A stretch of DNA of 63,708 nucleotides, counting the filler, from Octopus bimaculoides (lineage: Eukaryota), in assembly GCF_001194135.2 (NCBI RefSeq). It is 7 parts of 7 records of this genome, joined end to end, with 100 filler letters (N's around TTAATTAATTAA, not from the genome) between each part and the next. Parts side by side here need not be neighbours in the genome. Positions count along the whole stretch, not along the records: positions 24,995 to 46,297 come from NC_068983.1; 6 more parts are not named here. One strand, 5' to 3'. Positions 25,281 through 38,174 of this stretch are shown here, in pieces. A model generated the notes under the pieces. It was not told where the DNA came from, made no database searches, and saw only the letters and a program-made list of their open reading frames with translations. The translations under genes were made by a program, and so were the position numbers. The first letter of the stretch is position 1, and each line of letters begins with the position of its first letter.

Positions 25281-26417
25281 ACTTCACTAATTCCTTACTT
25301 GAACACAAGTCTAGCAATTTTGAGGAGGGTTTAATAATTTAAATCGACTCCGCTACTTGACCGCTATCTTAGTTTATCGAACCCCTGGAGTACAAAAGGG
25401 TTAATTGACTTCAGAAGGCTCGAAATTAAGAGTGTAAAGAACGAAAACAAAAGACACCAAGGACTTCTTCGGACGCTCTAAACTTTCTGTCTTCATATAA
25501 ATTAAACAAATTAAGCGTTTTTTTAAAAGAAATATAAAAAATATAATAAATATGTTAAAAAATATAATAAAAGTCTGTGTTCTCAGTATCTTTAGCTTTC
25601 GGGAGCTTAATTTCGGGCTCTAATTAATCAAAATTATTTAATATGGGATCTCATTATTATTTTAATTGATTGCTACTCTCTAGGCGTGTTTTATTTGCTT
25701 TATTCCATGCAGGATTTCAATTGTGTAATTGAGAGTAAGATGAAACAATTATCAACAGTGACCAAGACCGTTCATTTTTGTCCAATATTTTCATTCTTTT
25801 TGTTTGTTTGTTTTTCGTTCCTTTTATCGAGTGTTTGCACATGAGATAATCAATAAAAAAACATTCTCATTCAATTATGGAAGAAGTATGGGTGAGTGGA
25901 TAAATTGGACATGTTTTCGCTATCAGTTTGTTTGTGTATAAACTAATCTCTAGAACTTTCGATAAATATCCAACCGGTTTGATATTTAAATCAATGAGTT
26001 GGTTATAATCAGTTAGCAATGCAGTTCATGCTTACTTCATATTTGAATACTGATCCAAAATGGAGGGTTTTTGGCAAGAAATCTTTCAAATTGTAAATTA
26101 GTGGAAGAAAGGTGAATGAAAAGAAATACTACTCTGTGCCAAATTACCAGCACAGCAGGCAGCAACTACTGCTTGTGTGTTAACAATCACTACTGTCAAG
26201 TTCACTTCGAATATTAACTTTAGCAATTCTATTTTAATTGTCACAACCATCATTTCTACCATTATGTCAATATTTACAAACCAAAAGAAAATATTCCACT
26301 TAGTTTGACGAGAAAGTATCAGAATAATCACACACACTGTTATTTACAGTATTTATTTCTTTTGCATCTTCATGATTTCTCTGTCTATTTTTGTTTTTTT
26401 CTCACATTATTATAAAT

Positions 26418-26705
26418 GTGAGGACGCATAGCTGGTCGTGTGGTTAGCGTGTTGCACTCACGATCGCAAGATCGTAGTTTCAATTCCTAGACAGGATGCT
26501 GCTTTTAGTTCTTGAGCAAACACTTCATTTTATGTTCTTCTGCGATCATTTCGATTCCTGACGTGTGGTTCACGGTGCACCTATTCAGACAACGTCGATT
26601 TGATAGAGTGGACTAATGTACGATACATACACTTGATCACTATAAACAAACCGTTTGTGAAGGTCGTTCGGCAAAAGCTGAACGCTCATACGTCGTTTTC
26701 GAACA
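26418..26705 (+). mobile_element. tRNA-derived SINE, family 3; degenerate relative at about 23230-23430
   Basis: A-box-like tagctggtcgtgtggttagc, B-box-like gtttcaattcc, and the CORE-like motif cttgagcaaacacttca. Confidence 0.7.
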
Positions 26706-27289
26706 TTATGCAGATATAAGAATGAAATGAGACGCTGCAGTGTCCACGTCTTTCTAATGACATTCTATTAATAGATCATTCTTGAATGCTATTCAGTTAT
26801 CTCTGGGCTCAGACAAGCTAACGCTTTCTTTTCTCTGTTACATCTAACCAAACACTTCTATCTCTGAAACTATCTTTGATTCAGACATCTCTAACCTCTC
26901 ATACATCTAACCACACATTTCCATACTATAAATACTATAATACTAGTCAACACTTATCTCTATTGAAAAGCATTGTCACATCTTCAACAGGCTCATACAT
27001 CTGCCGCTGAAAACCACTGAAACAGCTTGGCATAGATAGATATTACATTTCAATCTTGTACAGCTTAAAATTAAAACAGAATATTCAGAAACAATGCAAT
27101 CAAAATATCACAACAATCTCAAATGACCATTCATGAGATTGTGTATTCTCAGTGTGGTAAATATTACAAAAGCTAAATTTCCTCTTCAGACGAAATGGCC
27201 ACTTAAAGAATGTTATATAGAATAGAACTTTTACCAAAAATTCTTGACAAAGTTCACAAGAAACTATATATTCGAATAATCATCACACA

Positions 27290-27327
27290 CATAGATAGAT
27301 AGATAGCTAGCTAGCTAGCTAGCTAGC

Positions 27328-27403
<76 letters not shown>

Positions 27404-27415
27404 CAGGCAGGCAGA
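27290..27415. repeat. (GATA)n/(GCTA)n/(GGCA)n tetranucleotide array
   Basis: Read directly. Confidence 0.95.
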
Positions 27416-27434
27416 CACATACATTACATAATCC

Positions 27435-27566
27435 TCGCCGAGGTCAACTTTGCCTTTCATCCTTTCGGAGTCAATAAATCAAGTACCAATAGCATACTGG
27501 GGTCGATCTAATTGACTAACCCCCTCCCCCAAAATTTTGGGCCTTGTACCTAGAGTAGAAAAGATT
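27435..27566 (+). mobile_element. 5'-truncated family 1 SINE with a perfect 14-bp TSD
   Basis: acattacataatcc occurs at 27421-27434 and 27567-27580. Confidence 0.9.
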
Positions 27567-29543
27567 ACATTACATAATCCAGACCACATTCAAGAAAATT
27601 CAGTCTGCTTGAAAGACAGATTATTCGCTTTATTTCATTCACTTAGTGTTTGACAGTCTTCCTTTTATTGTCAACGTTGCTACAATGTCCTCTGCTTCTC
27701 TGTATTTAAAAACTAAACAACCCAAGTTCAATCGTCTAAGTCTATATTTTTCTTGTCACAATCTCTCGTCACAAACCGTTCTAAATACTCTGCCAAATAT
27801 TCACTTCTCATAACTGCATCCACTTTTATTCTTATATTTTGTTTTCCTCTAACTACATACGTGCAGAAATTTAAATTGGTATAATTGTTTTAATCTGCTT
27901 CGTTGCTTAACACTTCTCACAATATTTTCTTCACATTCTGTCAGTAAAAAAAATTTTGGTTATAGTTCATGAAGCCAAGCCACAATTAAATGAAGGGATA
28001 GAAATAAACAAATGCCGTGGACAAGAATTTTTCCAAAATGGAATCCAATAACACAGTTTTCGGTAATATAGAATGATAATAATAAAGATATATATGAAAG
28101 TATAGTCAATTATATCACTCTTATATGAAAGTATAGTCAATTATATCAAACCCCTGAATTTGGCTATTACTTTATTTTATCGGCCCCGAAAAGATAAAAT
28201 AAAGTTAACCCTTTGTGGGTTGAAACTCAGAACGAACGATAGGAAATGGGATGTTGAGACTTTAATGCTCTTTCCAGAAGTGCCCTAGCTTAACTGAAAT
28301 GCAATGAAATCGTTTAAACCTGGTGTTGAAACCGGGTTGTGAGTTTGGTTTGCCGAGAGCTTATCTTTCATCTTACATCTCTCGCCTAACCATATTCCTG
28401 TACAGGCTTCCATTTGATTAGACATGAAGGCCTGTATATAATTTTGTGTCGAACAATACAAAGTTTTACCCTTTAAGTCTTCCTGTTGATGTCATCGCTT
28501 TTGTTGTTGTTTAGTCCCTTGTCCAAACCTGTTTGAGTTTGGCAGATGTACAATCGAAAGCATTACGACCATGAATATCTCTGCTTTTTGGGAGTATGTA
28601 AGGATTACACTGACATGTCATTTCCTCAAAGTAAGATGAAAATTGAGGGAGATTCAGCTGCTATTTTGTATTAGGTCAAGCGATTACATAGAAGCTCCTT
28701 TTTGACACATTAACTCGTTGACATTGTTGCTTAACCTTAGATCAGCTCCAATCGCGATGACCTATTGTCAAAGACAACCCAGCCGTGATCACCCAGTCTT
28801 TTTTCTATGTGCAAAGAACATAGGACTATATTATTCAATGTCACCCATCCTAAGAGATAGACTGTCATTTGAGAGTGGATTTGGCTGCTTTTCTTGTAGC
28901 TTAGGCAGCCACAGAGGCTTCCTTGTTGGCTCGTAGACCAAAACGGTGTAAATGAAATGATTTAGTATTAACTCTAAAGCGCTGGTTTCTATCTCGTTAT
29001 ATCATGATGGGTTATTATTGTTGTAATGGTATGAATTGAAGTAATTCTAGTTTTATTGATCCAGAAGGAAAGGATTCACACCTTGTACAGCAGGTGATTA
29101 AACAGTGTCAATGATTTCAATGAACTGATGTATTCCTTTTAACAAGCCCCTTATTCTCTCAACACAGGATTCTGGAGCAAATTTCTAATGGAGGAAAGAA
29201 CTGACACTTATCACTTCTGCCAATAAATAAGAATGCAAATTTATAATTTCTCTAAGGAAGCTGCTCATCTTTATATTTCACATCACATATATTTTATTTT
29301 ATATAAAAAAGAAGTTTTAACATTTTTATCATAATTTTTACATTTAATAGGAAAAAAAAAACCTTCACATGAAAAAGAATACAACATAATACATTGCTTT
29401 CGGCATTTGCTATAAAGTTTTCTAAACTTTAGTCTGAAGAGAAACGATTTCTAAATTCAGAATGTGGTGTCTACTTGCTGTAAGCGAAACTTATTCACAA
29501 GTATTAATCATAAATCGAGTAGGTAGACAGACATGCGCGTGCG

Positions 29544-29597
<54 letters not shown>

Positions 29598-30878
29598 CAC
29601 GCAGATGTTCCCGGCAGTGCCCGGCTATTATATCAAAATCACACTATTAAGTAATGCGCAGATTTTTTTTTTTCATATTACAAATTATTATACTAATACA
29701 AAAGGACCTCTGTCTATTTTCAGTAAAGTAGGAATTATGGCAAAATATTCTTGGACATTCGTTTAATCCAAAATATCAGAATAGACAACATTCATAGTTT
29801 TGTCCTGTGATATTATAAGGAGATCATATGGATTTTCCAAGTGTCATAGAATCGTGAAGCTGATCATGGAAAATTAAATGAATAACATTAAAACCAGGAA
29901 TTATTTTATTGAACTATAATTCAATAAAATCTAATACATAGCTTCTTAAAATAACAACGGAAAACCAATAGTTAATATCACTGGATTGAACAATACCATC
30001 AGAACATTCCAAATTGCTGTGATATTCAGTCAACAACTAGCGCAAATACATCGGTTTCAACTGAATTATCACAGCATTTTCGAAACTTTCCGGCAACACT
30101 GCTTTATTCAATAATGTAAGAAAGAGATACGACGCGTTGACATGTAGAAAAAGGGATACTAACGAAAAATTACATAACAAAAACATAGGAAGGGACGATA
30201 AAGGTAAAAAACCAACTGGCTGAACAGTCAAGAAAGAAAGATATACAAAAGGAAAACAGGAAGTGGCGATGATGCATTCTGAGTAGGGAGTGGTTACAGA
30301 GAAGCCGGAGAGAGAGAAAAGAACCAAAGAGAAAAAGAAGAGAAATTGTATATAAGTTGTTTATTAACAAACAGAAGAAAAAGTACTTAATACATGTTCT
30401 AGAAAAAATTATTTATTTGGCTCATACTTTGAGTCGTTAGTCATGAATTTCTGTCGCTTGAAAAGGTGATAAACTGAGAAACCCAAGTGTAATAATATAG
30501 GTCATCAACCGGATAGATGTAAGTACTTGCGGGCATACATTCATGCATACATACACATACAGGCCATTATGGATTTGTAAAACAAAGAGGTCTCTGATCT
30601 ACGATAGCCCGTCTCAAATAAATAGCTATACTTTTCGCCAATAAAAACTGAAAATTAAATTAGAAATAAATATTTGTAGATAGTAAAATGAAAACTCTTA
30701 AAACTTAAAAATAGATTAATCACCTTCAAACAGTGAGAAACTACCAACTGAAGAGAAAATAACCAATGGAAATTGTTTCAAAGTCAAGCGGAAATTGATA
30801 CAGATATGAAGGGTCAATCGGTAAAAATTAAAGAACCTTTTAATTAATCAGGGATACTGATTAATTCTTAAGAAAAAT

Positions 30879-31200
30879 CTAAAGAGAGAAAAAGGAGTTT
30901 AGACAAGATGTCATGTGATTGGAAGAAATTAGAAAAAATTGTTTTGTTGTTTTTATATAGTTTGGTATGGAGCAATGGGCTAAGCTACTGCAGATCGAAG
31001 ATTGCAGAAGAAAAACATGGGGAGAAAGGGAATTCCAGAAGTGCAGCATCGAGAGGAAGAATGATCGAACCTTTTGGTTTATGTGAGTTAAAGCACAAAT
31101 ACATAAAATAAGAGCATGTGAGTGGCACAATTTGTTGTTACATCAAGCTTCAACCATTACCGTCCCTGTCACAACATGAAAAAATAGCGTCAAACGTCCA
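30879..31200 (-). mobile_element. L2/Jockey-group LINE 3' ORF2 remnant
   Basis: VRSFFLSMLHFWNSLSPHVF resembles the SFFPRTxxLWNSLPxxVFP C-terminal motif. Confidence 0.55.
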
Positions 31201-31849
31201 GACATAACAATATCAACCTAAAAGCACTATCTTCCCCACTCAATCTGGACAAACAAAAATATAACATATGCAGAAATAGCTGCGATATCAACAGATTAAT
31301 TGGCCCCAAACAATATGCTAAGATGCTTACCATCAACAATAAGTGCTAATCAACTATCATGCTCTTGTGAAGCCTATCTGCTTACTTTGGCTATGAGCAC
31401 CAGAATCTGCAGCATACAAGGGTAAACTGGAGAGTAAAGAGAAAACGATATCTAAAACCAATACTATTCTTCACTGCATAGCAGTATATACAGTACGGTC
31501 CTCTACTAGACAGATACGAAATAATTTGAAAGATGGTCGCGCCTTATCATTTAGCCGACCACCTGCTTGTAAGCTCATTTAGAACTGACCTGGAGTACAC
31601 AGCAACAAATAGAGGCTCTTCGAATTGATAGAGTTTCAGACATTATAATGAAAGCCATACAAATTTGGCTTCATCCTGGGCCACTGTCTTAAAGTGCAAT
31701 GCAAGAAACAATTGCAGTTTCTCAGAAATGATAAATAATCATAAAGTAGATTTTAATGGGTCACTCTCTCTAAAATGCTGGAATGAACACCTTATCCTTT
31801 CAGTAAGGAAATATGAATGATTGGGCCAAATAAATACAGAAACACCAAT

Positions 31850-32380
31850 ACTACACAGAGCTTCTTTATAGACGAGCTAAGGGTATATTCCAAAAGCATT
31901 AAGAAGTGCGCTGACTAAGTTCTGATATTATCAGAGAATATAGGGATATAGTTTGACTAATATATATGTATAGTAGTTGGGAAGTGTTCATATTCGGTAG
32001 ACATTCGAGAAAAATTTAACTAAATACAGAATATAGGTATAAATGGCATGTCTATATTCCGTACCTCCAATGACGAAACATTTTGTAACTTATGAGAATA
32101 TTGTATATATTAGTGTTGTGAAAAGGAATACTTCAGCAGATTTTAGACCATATGGCAGCCAGAGGTGTAAGATCCATATATTATAATGTTTTTGCTATTA
32201 GTATCGGCATCAACATTTGGGAGATTAAAATGGACACTTGAAGACAAGGAAGGTATCAACTCTCACTCCCACACCAGCGGTGACATTGACAAGATCTATA
32301 TTAAACGGACGGAAGCTAGAAGCGGCTTAACATCAGTCCAAACGGTATTTGAACGGACCACGACGCCTACTAAACAGTAG
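31850..32380 (+). pseudogene. R4/Dong-like non-LTR retrotransposon RT remnant
   Basis: FFIDELRVYSKS (resembles F/YMDDLKLY), STFGRLKWT, and HSHTSGDIDKIYIKRTEARSGLTSV (resembles HPxAxxxRLYxxRxxGGRGL). Confidence 0.7.
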
Positions 32381-33135
32381 GTGGAGAAATGACTATAGCA
32401 CATATGTACTGAAAAGTGTAGACGGACACGTGAATAAGTGCTGAGTGTTCAGCTGTTCTATGTGACCCAAACTTAATTATATCTACATTGTTAAACAGAA
32501 ACTTTGGCGGGTGGGGGGGGACTTGTTTCTGAAACGAGCATATGCACACAATCATGTGTATAAGGCATACACACACAAGTGCAGGCAAACATAATTAGTG
32601 ACCAAACACACTCATACGCATCAATTACATGAAAGCAAGTGTATCCACAAATAAGCTTACATATAAGCACAGATTAACTCACTCATATACCCACAAATTT
32701 CTGAGATTGTGTTGACCCAAACAGAAAAGTCGTGTCACTTTGATAATGGCCAGCATGAATTCTACGAAGAATTAAATCTGCGAGCGAGAAGGAAAGAAAC
32801 AAGCGAACAAGTAAATAAACACCCATTCATCATATACACATACAAAATAGACACGTACATTGTAGGTACACACATACAAACAGAATCATACAAATTGATT
32901 ACTTTTTACACAACACAGAACTGAATAGAACAACATCAACAGCATTCGATAGCCAAAATAACCTATGCTTAACTAGTTTTAAATTAGAGTTCACCAGGGT
33001 AGACTAGTTCTATCTTCTTTCAAGGTGTTGTAATATTTGTTCCATTTGACCAATATTAAAATTCTCAAAGTAAGATGTAGCTAAATTGTTTAGTTGAATA
33101 AATTCCTGTAAATGATTTTACATACACGCACACAC

Positions 33136-33192
<57 letters not shown>

Positions 33193-34178
33193 TATTAAAT
33201 TATCTATTCTGGTTATTTATTCAGTCGGAATTTTCTCCGTCTCTGTTCCGTTTTATGCTTTTCCATATTGGTATTTGAAACTAGTAATATAAATATTTAT
33301 TGATTATCATTGATTTGCCCTAAGTACTGTGAAGGTCCAACATACACGCTTCCCTTTTTCCACAAGAGTAGCCAAAATATTCATATCCACATGTCAGCTG
33401 ACTTCTACAATAGTGCATGCACATACATTCTATTCATAGTAATAGCAGCAGTAATAGTGCTAAAAACAATAATCGGCAGTAGCCAATAGTGGTGTTGGTG
33501 CCAGAAAGGTGAAAACGGTACAAGTCAAGAATAACACTATATAAAAGAATACAGTTTTCCGAGAAACGACGCAAAATAACTTACTTTTCAGTGGAAATAA
33601 AGAAATCCTCCTCATTCTCCAGCCTCCCGACAGACGAGAGGCGGGATCGTAGTTCAGCAATTAGTTTCTCTTTGTCACACATCTAAAGAAGAAAGGAAAA
33701 TGAATGATTAATTAGAAGCCTGAGTGAAATTAGGCTAAATAAAAAGAACAAGTTTATTATTAGGTATAAATTACTTAAATTCATCTGTGAAGGAAATTTC
33801 AGGCTGGCCTTAATCAGAATTATTCGTGAGAAAAAAAGCTGCAACAGCAATAATGATCTTTAAATTTGATACTAGGCCGCAAAATTGGCAATTGATAACA
33901 TACGATGAGGACACAAAAAATAATCTTGATAACAATGATGATAACAATTACGCTGCTGCTGCCGCTAACGATGGTGATGATAATGATGCTTCTAATTAGA
34001 CTTGAGGCCCGAGTCGTATAGACTCAAGTTATTTGTATATGAGTAAAACTGAATACCCACTGCATGACGCAATAAGAATAACAAGAATACGAAAACCAAC
34101 AACAATGATAACAACTAATGCAGAGTCAAGAACAATATCCATCCCAACATTAAAAAAATTATTTTGTAAAACTGATAG

Positions 34179-34322
34179 ATTTTGAGTATCTGTTTAGTGG
34201 CCATATTTTCTTTGGTCTTTACAAAGACCAATTAGGTGATAAATATATCTGCAGTGAAAAGAAGAAGGATATCTTTGCTGTTTATCTGCAAATCAATTTT
34301 GATCGAGTAGACATTATCAAAG
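34179..34322 (+). CDS. Putative internal coding exon (phase 1-1, 144 nt)
   Basis: ctgatag|...aaag|gtattc; open frame (D)FEYLFSGHIFFGLYKDQLGDKYICSEKKKDIFAVYLQINFDRVDIIK. Confidence 0.5.
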
Positions 34323-35959
34323 GTATTCCAACTATGACCGTGCCATATTTTATCTCAGACACGTATCTAAGACAACATTGCAGAATATACACTTCTATTC
34401 TTAAAAAGAAAACGTCAGAATCCGTTCCGAGGGAGATTTGATAACTATTTACAGCAGGTCAAGCGACCTTTTATGGATTCCGTCATTGGCTCAAATGATA
34501 AGATGTGATGTACCGAGACTTTATTGATCCGCAAATTTTGTTACGTCAGTTCCTCTATTGAGGAACAGAAGCTGGAACAACTCGATTAGGTTCGATGTTT
34601 ACAACGAAAGCAAACCAGTTAATATTTCCACTATTACTACTAAAGACAGTCTATTATTGGTTTCAAAATGCTGCTCGAGATACAGCACTACATATCTAAT
34701 TATGCCTGTCAGGCAATTGCCTCAGCTGAAACCCCATCGAGAATACTAGGCCTTTCTACCTTTCGGAGTCGATAAAATAGCAGCCTTGAATTGAATGAAA
34801 GATAAGACAGCATGCGACTTTGCTGATATATCAGTGAAAAATCTATTAAAGTCGCGTGGCTTCCTGAAACAATGCCTGATGCGTGAAACAAGGCAAGAAT
34901 AGTCATTGTTATTATTTTCATTGACATCATTCTTCCTGATCCAACGGGAGAACCTGTGTGGTCGCTCGATATGCTAGAAATAGTAATCAAATCTTCCTCA
35001 AATCTCATCTCGTCATCGTTAAAAGTCGGATGACTACTTTAGATAATCTAATTCCTACTGGAAAGCCTTTGATCTGAGATCTGCGTGATCAAGATTGACC
35101 TGGGGCTAAACAACAATGACATTCATCCATTCTCAAGTTGTTATAGAAAATCATTAAATATGACCTATATATAAAATTATAGAATTGATGTCATAATGAT
35201 ATACTATAGAAACGAGATGCGAAGAGTTTTGGTTTGGAAAGGATTTTTAAAAAATTTATTATATGCGTATAACTATATTCACAGGGGGAGCGTTCATGAG
35301 TTGCTGAAATTAAAAATGCTATATAAAAAAATAAACGACATTAACAGTATTTGAAATCCTCTAGAATAAATTTTGTTTCCGGCTATTTACCGAAACGGGA
35401 GCTAAAATGCATTTCAAGAACCGTTTTGATTAACCATTAAAAGCAAACCACCCTATTTTCTGGCATATTATGCTGTATTAACTGATGTTCTTCATGAAGT
35501 TCTCTACATTACAGTGTTTCGGTATTCACACGCTCTTCTCTTTCCTACTGCTTCGGTGTCCCTGCTAAATCTCCCCACCAGAACACATATAATTGCTAAA
35601 AGTACTACATATGCCACTTCTAAGCTGATCACATCGTTAAAGACGATCACTGTATACAATAGAAGCAACGCGTTTGACACCTATACTACCCATACCAACA
35701 TCAAGGCCACCGCTACCACTAAATATAATAACTCCACAAATAACGAATGCTGTGCCTATGTTATCACGACCAATGGTCACCTGCTAGAAACTGCAGCTAG
35801 ATCTCCCTCAAATCATACCCTAGAATTTATTTTGAAAATGGAAGGCTTCAGTGAATAATATAAATTCTATATACACTACCTAGGTGGGGTGAGACAGGGG
35901 AATCGTCCTTTATGAGAGCTAATCTGGGGCTAAACGTCATCATCATCAACAACACAATT

Positions 35960-36095
35960 TTAGTCCGTCGAGGTCGACTTTGCCTTTCATCCTTCGGATG
36001 AATTAAGTACCAGTGAAATACTGGGATCAATATAATCAACTAGTCCCCTCCCCCAAAAGTGTAGGCCTCGTGCCTATTATAGAAAGGTTTATTAA
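35960..36095 (+). mobile_element. Family 1 SINE 3' half
   Basis: gaggtcgactttgcctttcatccttcgg...gtaggcctcgtgcctattatagaaagg. Confidence 0.85.
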
Positions 36096-36153
36096 CACAA
36101 ATTAAAAGAGTCAAAACAAATTTAATATTTTCGTCTATTTATATCATCCATAG

Positions 36154-36252
36154 TAAGCTACCTCGGAAAATGGAGTTTAAAAAAAAAATCCAAGATGGAA
36201 ATAATGGATTAGAAAGCAGACAGAATAATTCCATTTTTAGGGATATTTATGA
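36154..36252 (+). CDS. Putative symmetric 99-nt exon (phase 2-2)
   Basis: catccatag|...ga|gtaagt (consensus donor); KLPRKMEFKKKIQDGNNGLESRQNNSIFRDIY. Confidence 0.3.
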
Positions 36253-36373
36253 GTAAGTTGGTTGGTTTTGCTGACTTTACTACGCGTTGTTTTGTAGTAG
36301 TCACTCATTCTAACTACCGAATTTCACTAAATATAAGTTGCAGGCTGTAAAAGAAGAGAAGCTGTATTTTGTT

Positions 36374-36387
36374 GTTGCCATGGCAAC
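36374..36387. promoter_or_regulatory. RFX X-box, perfect consensus GTTGCCATGGCAAC
   Basis: Exact match to the canonical high-affinity X-box; the palindrome extends to 18 bp (36372-36389); it lies in unique, non-repeat sequence. Confidence 0.7.
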
Positions 36388-36769
36388 AATCAATAAATGC
36401 TGTATTTATGTGTTGAATAATATTGTTTTCTCTTCTGAAACATTAAAAGATAATTATCTATCGCACTATAAGACTCCAACTTACTAGTCAAACTAAATGT
36501 TAGAGAATTTTTGCTTGTAATGAAGAGTCGGGGGCAGGGAAAGACGAACAGGAAGAAATACAGAAAAAATAGTAAAATGGAGTGGAACAGTGGGGAAAAA
36601 AATAATAAAAAAGGATGAAAAGAAAATAAACGGCTGAGTTTTAAAATATCTCACTTTTGATTCCAAGATAAACATTTTTTATAACTGTGCCAGTGATAGT
36701 GATGATGCCAAAGAAGATGATGAACAACAATACTAATAACAACAACAACAACAACAACAATAATAATGT

Positions 36770-36965
36770 TCTTTTGATCAAGGCTCAAGAGGAGGGGCTT
36801 AGTCGATGCCATGACTCTAGCATTTCACAGGTATTTATTGATCCCGAAAGGCTGAAATGTAAAACTGACTTCAGTGGAACTTGAACCCAGAACGTGAAGA
36901 GCCAAAACAAATACCACTAAGTTTTAGGGAATTTTTTTTCCTAAATTTGTAATGATTCTGCGGAG
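36770..36965 (-). mobile_element. Family 1 SINE (diverged) with an (AAC/AAT)n array at its tail end
   Basis: tttattgatcccgaaaggctgaaatgtaaaactgacttcagtggaacttgaacccagaacgt. Confidence 0.75.
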
Positions 36966-37724
36966 CTTGTCTTAGTAACGGTTTCTGATTGAAATACTAG
37001 GCCAAAAGTTTGAGAGGAGGGGATTAACCGATTCTTTATGTTATCGGCTTCGGTGAGATTAAAGGAAGAAAATAAACCGCCTTGAGATTTGAATCCAGAA
37101 GTATAGAGTCGGAAGGCATTTTGTTCGATACTAACAATTCTGCCAATTCACCGCCTTTAATCTTCTTAAAACTTTCAGCGTGGAAAGCAGATAAATCCGC
37201 TCAAAATTTCAATAACGTTAATTGCCAAAAACTCTCTTACCCCAGTGCTTTGAAAACAACTTATGTTGTGTAAAGTAGGGACACCCCCAATAACACATTT
37301 TACAGAAGACAATTTTACAGATTTTCCTTAATATATGAATACACACACACACACGACATATAATATATGTATATACCTATGTATAAAAATATACATCCAC
37401 ATATATATACAGTAGTAAATATAAATTTTATACTGTCATACCCAGTTCACGTATTCTATGCTGTCATGCTTTGCTATGTATTTAACCCGCTACTCTTAAA
37501 CCCCTTAGTTGTCCTCGTTTACTTTCTATGCTTGAATGCTGCTCTTATCTGAGAGCATAATACCATCAAATATCTAGCTCCTTTCCTGTTTTAGCCTGTG
37601 ATATCAGACACGATTCGCCCAAATTTCCTTTCTGCGATTAATTCTGCTATATTAAGCTGATCAAGACGTGAAAAGATAGTAAAAGATCGATAATCTACAT
37701 TTGGATTTTAATTTTATCTTCCAG

Positions 37725-37846
37725 CACTCTTCGTTGCTGCCAATGAATTTGCCCTACCAAAAAGAGAGAAAACCAATATTTTTGTCATTTTTGATATAAC
37801 CGACGTTGCTGATACTTTTATGGCAGCTCATTGTTTTACTATTGTT
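37725..37846 (+). CDS. Putative exon (phase 1-0)
   Basis: ttttatcttccag|...gtt|gtaact; LFVAANEFALPKREKTNIFVIFDITDVADTFMAAHCFTIV. Confidence 0.3.
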
Positions 37847-37869
37847 GTAACTTTAAAGCCAGGAAAATA

Positions 37870-38050
37870 TTCGGGAGTACCACATTGCGATATTTTATGA
37901 CCTTTCGTGTTCTGAGTTCAGATCCCGCCAAAGTGGAATTTAGCTTTAATCTTATTTGTGCCGACAAAAATAAGTACCGATCAATTACTGAGAATAAAAT
38001 AACTGTCCCCTTCTTCAAAATTTGTGGCCTTATGCCTAAGGTAGAACTTG
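37870..38050 (+). mobile_element. Family 1 SINE (diverged)
   Basis: gttctgagttcagatcccgccaaag...aaaatttgtggccttatgcctaaggtagaa. Confidence 0.8.
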
Positions 38051-38085
38051 ATTGGTTTACTTATTTTTAGTTGGCCTGGTTGTAG

Positions 38086-38174
38086 AGCTATGCCCATGGA
38101 TTTTACACGGTCTCCGAAACTGGTGCGATTGATGCCATTATAGCTCCTCAAACTGGTGCAAGTCGTCGATTGAA
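38086..38174 (+). CDS. Putative exon (phase 0-2)
   Basis: ttgtag|...gaa|gtaaag; SYAHGFYTVSETGAIDAIIAPQTGASRRL, with an internal aaactggtgc duplication. Confidence 0.3.

Noticed and set aside
27966-28063. Segment with good acceptor and donor sites
   Set aside because: Stop codons in all three frames.
29433-29450. CTGAAGAGAAACG hammerhead-like string
   Set aside because: There is no stem II between CTGAAGA and GAAA.
35514-35858. 114-aa Thr-rich ORF
   Set aside because: It is low-complexity, its 3' part is an interspersed-repeat fragment (cacctgctagaaactgcagctagatctccctc), and it has no good donor site.
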